Positions 1 through 10,221 are shown, counted from the stretch's first letter. The stretch is 64,000 nucleotides of DNA from Escherichia coli (GCF_024502345.1 NZ_JALDNN010000001.1); one strand, 5' to 3'. The notes: generated by a model from the sequence alone, not told the origin. Numbers and translations: made by a program.

Positions 1-644
1 TGACCGTGCATCGCAAGCTGAGCAATCAGCTTGGAGACGTGCTGAGGTGTGAAGAACTCCCCTCCAGACTTACCGGCATTTGCCGCATAGTTAGAAATCA
101 GGAACTCGTAGGCATCACCAAACAGGTCAATCTGGTGCTCGTTAAAATTCCCCAGGTTAAGCCCTTCAACGCCTTTCAGAACGGCGGCAAGACGGCTGTT
201 TTTGTCTTTAACTGTGTTACCCAGTCGATTGCTGGTCGTATCGAAATCGGCGAACAGGCCTTTGATGTCGGCCTCGGACGGATAGCCGTAGGCAGAGCTT
301 TCTATAGCGACGAAGATACTATTTAAATCAGCATTCAGCCTGTCGTTGGTGTTCGCTTTAGCGGCAACGTTGCAGAACAGCTGGCTCGGGTAGATGAAAT
401 AGCCTTTAGTCCTGATGGCATCGTCTTTGATGTCATCGGTAATGATGCTGTCATCAAGTGCTGCATAATGTATGCTCTCATCCCCTGCTTCCATGTAGCT
501 GGAAAAATTCTCACTGATGAAGCGGTAGAAAAGTGCACCGAGTACATACTGTTTAAAATCCCATCCATCTACTGAGCCCCTGACATCATTGGCAATGGCC
601 CAGATTTGACGGTGTAGCTCTGCACGCTGTTGAAGGCTTGTCAT
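1..644 (-). CDS. hsdM: Type I R-M DNA methyltransferase subunit HsdM, 5' portion only (gene runs off the window start)
   Basis: Minus-strand frame reads [15 protein letters not shown]...; near-identical at nucleotide level to 58480..59122 of the complete hsdM; start codon (cat on + strand) at 642..644. Confidence 0.85.
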   Translation of the reverse strand, partial: MTSLQQRAELHRQIWAIANDVRGSVDGWDFKQYVLGALFYRFISENFSSYMEAGDESIHYAALDDSIITDDIKDDAIRTKGYFIYPSQLFCNVAAKANTNDRLNADLNSIFVAIESSAYGYPSEADIKGLFADFDTTSNRLGNTVKDKNSRLAAVLKGVEGLNLGNFNEHQIDLFGDAYEFLISNYAANAGKSGGEFFTPQHVSKLIAQLAMHG

Positions 645-847
645 TTTGTATCCTGTTGTATGATTCTTAAGTACTGTTATTGGCCCGATTTTATCGCAAT
701 TTCATATGGATGACAGGCTTTGTATGTCATGCGTTGCACTGAGAGTTCGTTTGCCCGGTTGTGTAGCCAACACTCTTTCAGTCAGGCCAGTAGAAACGTT
801 GCGCTGACGATAAATACTGAAGCCCCAATACCATCGGGGCTGAACGT

Positions 848-2725
848 TCAGTCGGTGAGAATTTCTTCATCCGTATCCATTGTGGATGGTGATGAATCTA
901 TTTTTGTTGTAAGAAATACCCGATTCAGTAGTCTTTGCTTCAGGGCGTTTCTTCGCTCATTGTAGAATTCCGGGAAGTGACTGAACTCAATATTTTCATC
1001 TGAAACTAACAGCATTGATGGCGAATAGTTGTTTGATGGCTGAGATAGCCATTGTTTCAGGGAAGTATCCTGTTTACTTATATTCTGAGAGTGATTCAGT
1101 AAATGAAGATTCGGTATGGTGTCCCAGTATTCCGGATTTTCATAAAAGCTGAGCTTCTCAGGTGAATTCGCAATATAATCTAGTTTTTCAAGATATTTCT
1201 TTGAAAAATGATTTCTTGGGTGAAGGTGATCAATATGAAATACCTCGGTTGGATTCATTTCAGGGAACAGAAGATGCAATAGTGCGCGGCAACGACCTTC
1301 GCCATATCTGATATTGAGAAGGCTTTCGATGTATTCGTCGTCAAATCTGAGGTCTTTATTCGAGCCTTTATATCTGTCAATAATCTTTTCAAGAGGAAAG
1401 TGAATATCTGAAAGACTATTTTTCATTACCTCTCTGATACTCGTGAGTAGCGCATCTGCCTGGCTTCCAAAGATCCCTTTCAGAAGTACCATGTAAAACC
1501 ACTGGCTAATTACTGAGCGTTCATTGTGGTTTTTATTCAGGAGGTTAATCGTTGTATATAATGGATGTCCACTGGTTTGCTTTTTGTAAAGCCAGTAGAC
1601 CACAGGAATGACTGCATTTTTAGATATCAAAGACTGTGGATTGATGCCGAATCGCCTGATAAGAATAAAGGTCTCCTTGATACAGGATTTTATTTCAGAC
1701 CATTGTTGTTGTATCTTACCGACCTCCTCTGAAGTGAAGTTTTTTACTTTGAACCGGACGTCAGAGTCAATAAGCATCAGGCTGGTTTTTAAGAACCAGT
1801 CTCTTTCAATATAAAAACCCATTTCATTATTCTGATAAATGTTTTTTGTCAGTTCATCCAGTTCTCTTCTGAAATCCCCCTGCCAGTGCGCTACCGCTAT
1901 TGACATCAGTAAGTCTGAAAACTCAAGTTTTGTCCCCCCGCTGTTCGTGCGGATGAAAACATCCAGCACATGATCAATGTCCTGACTGCTCTCATTGAAG
2001 TAGTGGATAAGATTCTCAGTTCTTATCTTGGTATAAAGTTTAAGCAGAGTTTTTCTGGAAAATTCACTGGAAATGAGATCTCTTTTTTCAAGTTCTGGTA
2101 CGACAACGTTAAATAAAATATCATCAGGCGAATCATGTTGCTCGTATTTGAATATTTCGTGCAGGCAGAACCAGTGATGTTTGTTGTCTGTAAGTGAATC
2201 AGCGTATTGCTTGTCGGTCAGGAACCTGAAGTTATACTTCATCATGAGTTCGTCGTCTGACTTAAGTGGCGCGGTTAAATCGACGTAAAGCTTTCTGGGC
2301 GGCAGGATGCGATCATCCTGTGCCGAAGGCCACCACATCCGGGGCTGTTTATACGCATACGTTCCACACAATCCAATATATAATGATGTGAGACGCTGCT
2401 GACCATCAATCACCGCTTTGAAATCATGAAATCCAGCATTTGTTGCTACGCAGGGGTTTTCTTCATTAAATCGCTGACAGTATTCTTTCAGGAATTCATA
2501 GAATTTGTAATCATTTTTAATACTGGCACTACGGATATCCCACATCATGAAAGAGTTTATCGGGTAGTCTCGCATGATGGAATCAAACAGCAAACATATC
2601 TGACTGCTGCTCCAGACGAACTTCCTCTGAATTGCAGGCAGAAGATAGTGGCGTAAATTAATTGAATCTATCGCTTGTTTTATCGTTATTGCTTTTTCAT
2701 ACTGGCCAGCCATCATAAACCTCAT
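848..2725 (-). CDS. DUF262/DUF1524 two-domain nuclease, GmrSD-like (putative modification-dependent Type IV restriction enzyme)
   Basis: 625-aa ORF with N-terminal DGQQR motif (DUF262/ParB-like) and C-terminal HIDHLHP His-Me finger motif (DUF1524); sits between hsdM and the WYL-regulator module. Confidence 0.6.
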   Translation of the reverse strand: MRFMMAGQYEKAITIKQAIDSINLRHYLLPAIQRKFVWSSSQICLLFDSIMRDYPINSFMMWDIRSASIKNDYKFYEFLKEYCQRFNEENPCVATNAGFHDFKAVIDGQQRLTSLYIGLCGTYAYKQPRMWWPSAQDDRILPPRKLYVDLTAPLKSDDELMMKYNFRFLTDKQYADSLTDNKHHWFCLHEIFKYEQHDSPDDILFNVVVPELEKRDLISSEFSRKTLLKLYTKIRTENLIHYFNESSQDIDHVLDVFIRTNSGGTKLEFSDLLMSIAVAHWQGDFRRELDELTKNIYQNNEMGFYIERDWFLKTSLMLIDSDVRFKVKNFTSEEVGKIQQQWSEIKSCIKETFILIRRFGINPQSLISKNAVIPVVYWLYKKQTSGHPLYTTINLLNKNHNERSVISQWFYMVLLKGIFGSQADALLTSIREVMKNSLSDIHFPLEKIIDRYKGSNKDLRFDDEYIESLLNIRYGEGRCRALLHLLFPEMNPTEVFHIDHLHPRNHFSKKYLEKLDYIANSPEKLSFYENPEYWDTIPNLHLLNHSQNISKQDTSLKQWLSQPSNNYSPSMLLVSDENIEFSHFPEFYNERRNALKQRLLNRVFLTTKIDSSPSTMDTDEEILTD

Positions 2726-2786
2726 ATGTTATATTAGCTGGCCTATTTTAATTTATTGCGTGTCGGTAGTACAGTCTTTGCACAAA

Positions 2787-3116
2787 CTAATTTATGCAAT
2801 GGAAAAGCTGACGGCTCGGTTTGTGTTTTTCATTCGGGTAGACTCGCATTGCGGATGCACAAAGTGATGAAACCTGTCTTGCTATATTTTTACCGAAGTT
2901 AACAAGAAGGCCGTGCTTTATTTTTTCACCCTCTGCCCTGATGCTGATGATAAAGCTGAACTGATATACGATTACCTCAATGAGGTCATTGCCAAATGTT
3001 ATAATGGCGGCGTTGTTTATTTCATGTTCATAATCCCTCAGGTCAGTGTTAAGTCTTGCTGTTGCATCTACAAGTGCGTATTCTTTATCGATAATCATAA
3101 CTTTCTCACTTATCAT
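2787..3116 (-). CDS. hypothetical protein (109 aa), paralog of 60147..60482
   Basis: ORF co-directional with and 40 bp downstream of the WYL regulator gene; conservative substitutions versus its paralog; no strong SD, and an overlapping + strand ORF exists, so strand assignment is tentative. Confidence 0.45.
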   Translation of the reverse strand: MISEKVMIIDKEYALVDATARLNTDLRDYEHEINNAAIITFGNDLIEVIVYQFSFIISIRAEGEKIKHGLLVNFGKNIARQVSSLCASAMRVYPNEKHKPSRQLFHCIN

Positions 3117-3156
3117 GTTAATGTGATTTAATCATCACTAATAATATGTTGTGATT

Positions 3157-3870
3157 TTAATTACGATTATTCGTCTGTTTACTCCCGTAATGCATTATCT
3201 TATGAATAATGTTCATGTGGGGTAAGGCTTCCATAAAGTCAGACTGTTCAATCAGCGAAATGAGTGTGTTATCGATCTCAAACGTTGTATCCGGTAATAC
3301 CTCAACCAGCCTGATTCGGGACAGGGAAATAACGAACACGCCCGATGACGTACATCCGGCAAGAAACCACTCCGCATGGCTGCAAAGCAGACGGTAGGGA
3401 TGAACGGTATGGCTGACGTTTTCGTCGGTTCTGATACGCACCTGGGTCTGGTTAAGTATGGCGAGCGTCAGTCTGCTGAAATCACCGAAAAGGGTGGGTT
3501 TCTGGCGCGGCTCCGGTAGCATAATCCTGTATGGCGAGGGACGTTCCCCGTCAAGCATCAGGCTCAGTAGTTTGGCATCCATCGCGGGTAACAGACGGTC
3601 AAGATGCAGCAACCTCGCCAGTATCTTCATATCCCGTTCCGTGCGGCGACGAAAGTAATGTGAGGCAAGCTGATACACGCCGTTGCTCTGTTCAATATCA
3701 AGGTAGGTCAGACGGACGTTGAAATCCCGTCGCAGCGTTCGCGTCGTCACTCCAAATTCTTCTGCCAGCGTCCCGATATGCAGCTTTTCACCCTGAAACA
3801 AACGGCTCAGGATGATGGAAAGGCGGGTTGCCAGTCTGTCATGTTCGTTTTCTTGTGTTATCAGCGTCAT
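3157..3870 (-). CDS. HTH-WYL domain transcriptional regulator (YfjR/BrxR-like architecture)
   Basis: 237 aa; N-terminal HTH (LAEEFGVTTRTLRRDF) and central W-x-L-type motif (HAEWFLAG); differs from paralog 60523..61236 at about 3 residues. Confidence 0.6.
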   Translation of the reverse strand: MTLITQENEHDRLATRLSIILSRLFQGEKLHIGTLAEEFGVTTRTLRRDFNVRLTYLDIEQSNGVYQLASHYFRRRTERDMKILARLLHLDRLLPAMDAKLLSLMLDGERPSPYRIMLPEPRQKPTLFGDFSRLTLAILNQTQVRIRTDENVSHTVHPYRLLCSHAEWFLAGCTSSGVFVISLSRIRLVEVLPDTTFEIDNTLISLIEQSDFMEALPHMNIIHKIMHYGSKQTNNRN

Positions 3871-3972
3871 ACATCATTTCCGAATTTAGCCGGGAAATGA
3901 TGCCAGCAGTAGCGGACAGGATTTGTCCGCCCTCTGAAGTTTTTTAAAGTCTGAATACCTTAAATGTAAGTG

Positions 3973-4288
3973 CTAAACGTCAGTATTCTCAGGTGAATAA
4001 AGATGCTTCTGGCGCATGTAGGCAATAAAAATGCAGGATGGTAGCGTCACCCGGTATGCGGGACCGGCTAAATCAATCAGCAGCCAGAGAGAACTGAGCA
4101 CCCAGCCCACGGGACCGGCAAAAGCGCCCATGGTACGCGTCAGCATGGCATTTCCTGCAACGGTCAGCCCTCTGCCTAACAGGGCTTTCGCCACACCATT
4201 TGTGACAACAAGTGCCATCTGATAGGCCGCAAACCCGGATGTTTTAATCCCCGCCTGGATTGCCATGGTCAGCAGCTCCGGCGTGGGA
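3973..4288 (-). pseudogene. 3' fragment of the 249-aa module protein (paralog of 61339..62088), truncated at a recombination junction
   Basis: Nucleotide homology to 61339..61660 ends abruptly near 4288; only the C-terminal ~100 codons remain. Confidence 0.6.
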
Positions 4289-4289
4289 T

Positions 4290-4562
4290 TGCTGTATCGC
4301 AGACGATACCGAGCAGGAGATACCAGCCATCATCAAGTGCGGTGACGTATTCCGGGTTAGCCAGTGCCACTGCCAGCAGCGGGTCTTCGGGGAGTGTGTC
4401 ATCGTGGTTGAGATGCCAGAGCAGGGTTCCCGTTTCGTTCCAGAAGGCGGTAAACAGGTCGATATCATCGACAGGGCCAAGGATTTCATTGCTGAGGGCC
4501 ACCAGTGCGGAGGCGGGCAGGTTGAGAAGGGGAAGACTGGTGGGAGTCGTGAGTTTAAACAT
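4290..4562 (-). pseudogene. 5' fragment of an unidentified gene fused to the junction at ~4288
   Basis: Start ATG at 4562 (MFKLTTPTSLPLLNLPASALVALSNEILGPVDD...); reading frame runs into the junction and ends in non-homologous sequence. Confidence 0.3.
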
Positions 4563-5081
4563 GATTATCTCCATAAGTAATTGATTCATATTGATAATAT
4601 GTTTTCAAATGACTTTTAGTTACATTTTTTTTACGTTGTTTGCTTATTTTGGATTATGTCCTTAAATTTAGTAGTGGGCTGGCGTTAAATCCCGTTTTTT
4701 TTCCGATTTGCAGCATTTTGTAAGCAAATTAGCATGAGCTGTTTTAACTGAAAATGAGAGAAGGCTTGCGCACAATTGCTATTGATTTTCTTACTTATTT
4801 TCTCAATCACAAAACGCCTTAAATAGTTCAAAAAACAATCAACACCCCATAATCGATATTATTTATGGGGAGAAACGACGTTTAAGCCTGAAAGTGGGGG
4901 AGTGGCACTTTCAGGAGATTAAGGAGGCAAACAGGCCTCTTTAACGCGTGTTTTTCTCACCAAAATGTCAGAGTCGGTGATTTGCACTTCAGTATTTCTG
5001 CCAATACTATTCGCTCCATGTGCTGGCCAGCATCTAACTCAATACCCTTAATCTGTATTAATTGAGCGAGATGTATGCATT

Positions 5082-6404
5082 ATGAAACCCGATAGTTCTT
5101 TAAACCAAATAACGCAGACAATGAAACGGAATGATGTTGATTCTGTGGATAGTCGCTTTTTTGAGTCAGCGCAAAACATGAAAACCAGCGTTGACGTTGA
5201 AGATTGCTGCGTTGAAGTGATGGTTCGACATCACAGCCCAAAGAATCAAAGAGAGGCATTCACTAAAGCTTTTTTTGATGAGTGTAAAATCCGTGCAGTA
5301 CAAACTGGCCGGACTATCGAAGCCAGCGATACAAAATGTACCGGGCTTAAGGCTATATTCCACTCATCCGGACGCATTAAGTTTATTGTCCGCAAAAGTA
5401 TTCGCGGAAAGAATGTTTACGTTGCAGTAGGAAGTTACCCTGAATTTTCCATTAATAACGCAAGGGAACATGCCTTTAAAATAATTCAGGAGCTTAAGGC
5501 TTCCGTTGAGACTTATGGTGAGCGTTTTCTTACGCACAGCAAAATAACGTTTAATGAACTTGTGGAACAGTATGTGAAATGCGTACTTAACACGGGCGTT
5601 AAGCGTTCAGCTAACACCGACCTTTCTAAGATCCGTAAATACCTGCGCCCTCTTCTCGGTGACAAAAAGCTGGCAGGTATGACGGAGGCAGATGTTCTGA
5701 GCTATCTACACGATCTCGATCTTAAGCCTGCCACACGCAACCGCCACCTGGCGCTCATTAAAGCGGTCTTTACCTGGGCTATACGCATGGGATACACCAG
5801 CCGCTCTCCGGCGCTTTATATCAAAGCGCTGCCTGAAGTGACGTCAGATCGCCGCGCCATGGATGACTCCCAGCTTCAGCGCTGGATGGAAGTCTGTGAG
5901 TGCTGGCGTAATGGTAAACCCGATCATGAAGCCCTTGCTCTGCTCATGTTCCTTGCCCTGACGGGGCTGCGTCTGGGGGAAACCCGTCACCTTCGTCTTG
6001 AAGATGTGGACTGGAGCCGCAAGGTTATCACCCTTCGCCATACCAAAAACGGCAAACTCCGCCGTGTACCGGTATGTGATAAGGCTTTCGTTCTTCTGAC
6101 AGAACAGCGTCAGCATCTGGGTGATGAAGGCTGGGTATTTCCGGGCAAGGGGACCGACAATCCGGTTTCTGAGCCGCGTCGCCTGCAAAAACGGCTTTGT
6201 GAGGCTGCGGGTATTCCACCGTTCACCATCCATGAGATGCGCCATACCTTTGCGACAAAACTCATTGAGAGCGGGGCCGACATTCACACCGTCAAAGACT
6301 TACTGGGCCACAGCACTATCAAAGTGACGGAGCTTTACTTGCACGCTTCCCCGGCGCGTTACCACGAAGCTGTTAACCGGGCGATGAATGTTTTTCCGGC
6401 CTAA
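5082..6404 (+). CDS. tyrosine-type site-specific recombinase (phage/island integrase)
   Basis: 440 aa; catalytic-domain motifs GLRLGETRHLRLEDVD, HEMRHTFAT and LLGHSTIKVTELYLH (R-H-R-Y signature). Confidence 0.8.
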   Translation: MKPDSSLNQITQTMKRNDVDSVDSRFFESAQNMKTSVDVEDCCVEVMVRHHSPKNQREAFTKAFFDECKIRAVQTGRTIEASDTKCTGLKAIFHSSGRIKFIVRKSIRGKNVYVAVGSYPEFSINNAREHAFKIIQELKASVETYGERFLTHSKITFNELVEQYVKCVLNTGVKRSANTDLSKIRKYLRPLLGDKKLAGMTEADVLSYLHDLDLKPATRNRHLALIKAVFTWAIRMGYTSRSPALYIKALPEVTSDRRAMDDSQLQRWMEVCECWRNGKPDHEALALLMFLALTGLRLGETRHLRLEDVDWSRKVITLRHTKNGKLRRVPVCDKAFVLLTEQRQHLGDEGWVFPGKGTDNPVSEPRRLQKRLCEAAGIPPFTIHEMRHTFATKLIESGADIHTVKDLLGHSTIKVTELYLHASPARYHEAVNRAMNVFPA

Positions 6405-6476
6405 ACAGAATTCCCCCTCAGGCAAGTGAGTTCTGCGCTTTACTGCCTGTGGTTCACATTCAAAAGGAACCTGTAA

Positions 6477-7172
6477 ATGAATAATAAATCAACACCATCC
6501 CCCTTGACTACAACGACCCCCGCTCGTTTTGCCTGCAGGAAATTAAATGCATTTCTGGCTCGTCGTGCTCTTCATATGAAGGTGGTAAGAAAAAACCTGA
6601 ACAAGGCTGCTGCAATCGACATCGATCTCGATGACATTTCTAAGTGCGGATGCCGTGATGGTCTGCCTGAAGGCTTTGTCAATACTGCAAAAGGGCTTTT
6701 CTATTATGAAGGAAAAAAATGGTACCAGTTAAGCTCGACCCCCATTCTCCCTGTCTACAGGCATTATTCTGATTGTAAAACGCGCAATATGGGCGTCGAG
6801 TTGATGACTATCAACCATGCTGGAGAGTTCGCCTGTGCTGATGTCTCATTAAGTGATGCAATGGTAAAACCTGATCACGTCATGGCTTCTCTGGCGGGCA
6901 AAGGTTTTGGTATCTCCCTGACGATAAAGTCTAAAGAGCTTCTGGTGCAATTCTTACAGGTGTGTATGAAGAAATCGCTGGAATTGCCTACTTATCTTGT
7001 CGCAGATTCGATGGGTTTTGTGCCTGGCAACAAAGCATTTCTTCACGGCAGTATACCTATCGCGCAGCACCTTTTGGAATTTGACTATTTGATTCCGGCT
7101 TCCCGTGTTCCACGAGGGCTTGTCGAGTCGGGAACGCTGGATGACTGGAAAACGATGGTACCTGTGAAATGA
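6477..7172 (+). CDS. hypothetical protein, possibly 3'-truncated island gene
   Basis: 231-aa ORF directly downstream of the integrase; its 3' end overlaps an opposite-strand ORF, suggesting a deletion junction. Confidence 0.35.
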   Translation: MNNKSTPSPLTTTTPARFACRKLNAFLARRALHMKVVRKNLNKAAAIDIDLDDISKCGCRDGLPEGFVNTAKGLFYYEGKKWYQLSSTPILPVYRHYSDCKTRNMGVELMTINHAGEFACADVSLSDAMVKPDHVMASLAGKGFGISLTIKSKELLVQFLQVCMKKSLELPTYLVADSMGFVPGNKAFLHGSIPIAQHLLEFDYLIPASRVPRGLVESGTLDDWKTMVPVK

Positions 7173-7468
7173 ATCCATTCTGATTCACCGAAGTCACTGG
7201 TCTGGTGTGACAGCGAGTACAGCCAGGCGTTATCCTTTTCCGTGATATGTGCGGTACTGCAGCGTATGCCGGCAAGGGTTGCAAACGGTGGTAGTGTGCA
7301 GGTTGACTGTTGGTCGGATTCCTCCACCACGCGGAGTGAATAACCGTTTTCAGCGACCTTGTTAATCAGTTCAGTGAGATTAACACCATCGACATCAACG
7401 ACAATTCGCCCCATGTTCAGTGCCTGCACATTAATGCTGTCGGCTTCCAACGTCAGGGCCAGTTTCAT
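7085..7468 (-). CDS. hypothetical small protein downstream of the yfjR-like gene; real extent uncertain
   Basis: ORF starting MKLALTLEADSINVQALNMGRIVVDVDG...; distal part overlaps 6477..7172 on the other strand and is probably not genuine. Confidence 0.3.
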   Translation of the reverse strand: MKLALTLEADSINVQALNMGRIVVDVDGVNLTELINKVAENGYSLRVVEESDQQSTCTLPPFATLAGIRCSTAHITEKDNAWLYSLSHQTSDFGESEWIHFTGTIVFQSSSVPDSTSPRGTREAGIK

Positions 7469-7577
7469 TGTTTCGCCTCCGGATGCTTCCCCTGGGTAAT
7501 GTTATTTACCGTTCTGTAGTTATCGCGGGTCATCAGGCCGGTTGCCCTGCGAGCCCGGAGAATATCAATACTGTTTA

Positions 7578-8228
7578 TTAACTGAGAGCGGGTAAGGACT
7601 GAATAAATCCCGGGTCTTCAACAAGACGACACAGACTGTCGTTACGCCGGAAAGTCTCCTGCAGGGGCTGAACCAGATGGATTTCATCCAGGGAGAATAC
7701 GGCGATATGTCCGTCGTGCTCTGCCACCAGATACCAGGCCTGCTGGTGGATAAGTAACCGGCAGGGAGCCAGCCGCTCACAGCGCTGCCCCTCGGCAATC
7801 AGAGTCACCCGCCTGCGCCCGGTAATGGCCTGAATCAGTCGCCAGAAAGACAATGCGCCTGATGGCGAAGGAGCCGGACTGGCGGGTGCGATTACGCAGG
7901 GAGACTCATCGCACATCAGCAGTGCGTTTACCAGACGACGGTCAAAGCCAGGGAAAAGACCGGCCATCCCGCTGCGGTGGGCAAAGATAAGCACGTCGGG
8001 CACCATCTGCGTCTCACTGCCCGCAGTGCGTAAGCGGTAATATCCGGACTGATACTCCAGGTCCAGATACATCAGCCGCTCACGAAAATCACGCCGCAGC
8101 GTGCGCACCGACACACCAAACTCAGCGGCAAGCTTACGCACACTCAGCGTTTCCCCTGCCACCAGACGGCTGATTATCAGTGACAGCCTGACAGCCAGCC
8201 GGTCATGGCGGCGTTCTGCCTGTGTCAT
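7578..8228 (-). CDS. yfjR: HTH-WYL regulator, YfjR-like (CP4-57-type island)
   Basis: 216 aa; HTH ([16 protein letters not shown]) plus AWYLVA motif; lies downstream of yfjP/yfjQ-like genes in the order recalled for E. coli CP4-57. Confidence 0.7.
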   Translation of the reverse strand: MTQAERRHDRLAVRLSLIISRLVAGETLSVRKLAAEFGVSVRTLRRDFRERLMYLDLEYQSGYYRLRTAGSETQMVPDVLIFAHRSGMAGLFPGFDRRLVNALLMCDESPCVIAPASPAPSPSGALSFWRLIQAITGRRRVTLIAEGQRCERLAPCRLLIHQQAWYLVAEHDGHIAVFSLDEIHLVQPLQETFRRNDSLCRLVEDPGFIQSLPALS

Positions 8229-8444
8229 GAGACGTTCTCCGTGAAAGTTAACTGACTGAAAATGATGTGATTACTTTAAAGAGGGGGTCGGACAGGGTAT
8301 GGACACCACAGAAACTATTTTTCATTTCTGCAAAAGCCAGAGGCAGCGGGGGTTACAGGCCTTCCCTCGGTGAGTGAGGACCGTCAGCACGGTGCGATGC
8401 GGACAGGTGGTGTCCGATATTAACAAAGCAGCAACATTAAACGG

Positions 8445-9266
8445 TCACTGCAGTTGCGTGAGCAGGGCTTCCGCCATCACCCACAGTGCCCGGTTAAGTT
8501 TCACGTCCCCGTCGATACCGCGAACGGCACGGGTATGTGACCGTCCTCCTTTGGCATTACGGCCACTGAGCCCGCCCTTAATCAGGTTCTCCTGAATACG
8601 CTGGTACGTGGTCCACAGGTCATTGCTCTCATCCTGCCAGCGGCGAGGGGAGAGGATCTGCGATTCAGTCACCGGCTGGTGGTCTTCACCAAAGCGGTAT
8701 GTGAGGGCGGCTTTTGCCAGTGCCTGCTGTGCCGGGGGTGGCAACAGCAACGACTGCATGGCATCCCGTTTCTCCTCCACCCGGTCAAAAATCCCCAGCA
8801 CCTCATACGCGCCTTCAATCACCTGACTCACCACGTCCCCCTTGTGTGGCACCCGCACCTCGCCAAACGACTCACCGCAGACGAGCCCGTTCTGACAAAC
8901 CGCACGAAATAGTCCCGGCAACATCTGATACGAACTAGTGCCATCGTGGGAGTTGAGCAGGATAATTTCTGGTACCTGTTTACCGGTAATCTGCCCCTCA
9001 CGCCGCAGACGCAGCATATGCTTTGTATGTTCACGACGACCGGGGTCACGCACGCGGGTCTGACAGGCAAAGAATGGCTGGAAGCCTTCTCGCTGTAGGC
9101 TGTCGAGCAGGGAGATGGTAGGTATATAGGTATAACGCTCACTGCGGGATTCATGTTTGTCCTCGCTGAATACACTGGGCACCACGCGAAACAGCTCCTC
9201 ACGGGTTAACGGGCGGTCGCGACGGATAAGGTTTGCTGCGCCAAAGCGCGAAGCCAGACGGGTCAT
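8445..9266 (-). CDS. yfjQ: DUF932-family protein, YfjQ-like
   Basis: Start moved to internal ATG (MTRLASRFGAANLIRRDRPL...) which has a GAGGAG SD; sequence closely matches recalled YfjQ. Confidence 0.75.
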   Translation of the reverse strand: MTRLASRFGAANLIRRDRPLTREELFRVVPSVFSEDKHESRSERYTYIPTISLLDSLQREGFQPFFACQTRVRDPGRREHTKHMLRLRREGQITGKQVPEIILLNSHDGTSSYQMLPGLFRAVCQNGLVCGESFGEVRVPHKGDVVSQVIEGAYEVLGIFDRVEEKRDAMQSLLLPPPAQQALAKAALTYRFGEDHQPVTESQILSPRRWQDESNDLWTTYQRIQENLIKGGLSGRNAKGGRSHTRAVRGIDGDVKLNRALWVMAEALLTQLQ

Positions 9267-9357
9267 AAGCAGACTCCTCATAATGGGAAAACAAATAAAA
9301 GAAATCCCCGTCGCATCGGCGACAGGGTTAGGGAAATAACAGGGATGGGTTAAATAC

Positions 9358-10221
9358 TCAGAAGAAGAAATCCCAGACGGCACGGGCCACTGACACCACG
9401 GTGGTGCGCACGGCCTGAATGACGGCCCGCACCGGGGCGGGGATCAGGGGAAAGGCACTGATGCTATCGAGTACAGCACCGACGGTTTCACCAAAATCGC
9501 TACGCGCCTGTTCCCGGACTACCGTCGTGCGAAAGGAAGGCTGGAGTTGCGACACCACCGGGCTGGTGGCCTCACGTGGCAGGCACTTAATCATTCGCTC
9601 GGCCATCACCCGCAGTCCCCACTGAAGACGGACCGACACGGCACACACTGGATGTACGGGCTGGAACAGCTCATGCAGCAGGCAGATTTTGCGGCTGATA
9701 TTCTGCTTCTGCGCCGTGGACAACTGTCCCCCACCGCTGGTAGGTTCGGCCTTATCCGACTGGCTGATAACAAACAGCACCTTATGCCGGTATACCTCTC
9801 CAATCACCTGATGATAAAAATGTTCATCCACCGTCAGCGCCCGGTCATCGGCCTTAATCAGCCACAGTACCAGGTCGAGGCGAGGAAGCTGTTCGCGGTA
9901 CAGCGCAGCATACTCGGTATCGCGAGCACCACTTTCGCCCACGCCGGGCAGATCCATCAGCGTTATATAGCGGTCGCCAACCTGCAGGCGAAAGCGCAGT
10001 GGCTCACGTGTACAGGCCGCCACATCGCTGACCGGTGATACCTCACTGGCAAACAGGGCATTGCAGAGTGAGGATTTACCGGCACCGCTCTTACCCATAA
10101 TGCCGATCACTGGCTCGTAGCGGGTTAACTGATTTATCTGCTGCAATATACGTTCAGACACCCACTGTGGCAGACCAGCGAGCGATTGCTGAAACGGCTT
10201 CAATCCTTCAGAATTGTTCAT
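9358..10221 (-). CDS. yfjP: island-associated GTPase, YfjP/YeeP/YkfA family
   Basis: Walker A GKSGAGKSSLCNALF; start placed at MNNSEGLKPFQQSL with GAGGAG SD. Confidence 0.8.
   Translation of the reverse strand: MNNSEGLKPFQQSLAGLPQWVSERILQQINQLTRYEPVIGIMGKSGAGKSSLCNALFASEVSPVSDVAACTREPLRFRLQVGDRYITLMDLPGVGESGARDTEYAALYREQLPRLDLVLWLIKADDRALTVDEHFYHQVIGEVYRHKVLFVISQSDKAEPTSGGGQLSTAQKQNISRKICLLHELFQPVHPVCAVSVRLQWGLRVMAERMIKCLPREATSPVVSQLQPSFRTTVVREQARSDFGETVGAVLDSISAFPLIPAPVRAVIQAVRTTVVSVARAVWDFFF

Noticed and set aside
6-568. ORFs 6..326 (+) and 335..568 (-) from the ORF track
   Set aside because: They lie antisense or out of frame inside the hsdM coding region (the same artefacts recur at 58813..59046); the real frame is the minus-strand hsdM.
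2913-3131. Plus-strand 72-aa ORFs overlapping the 109/111-aa genes (also 60279..60497)
   Set aside because: Cys-rich, low-complexity translation and an SD only 3 nt from the start; the minus-strand frame looks more protein-like, though this is not certain.
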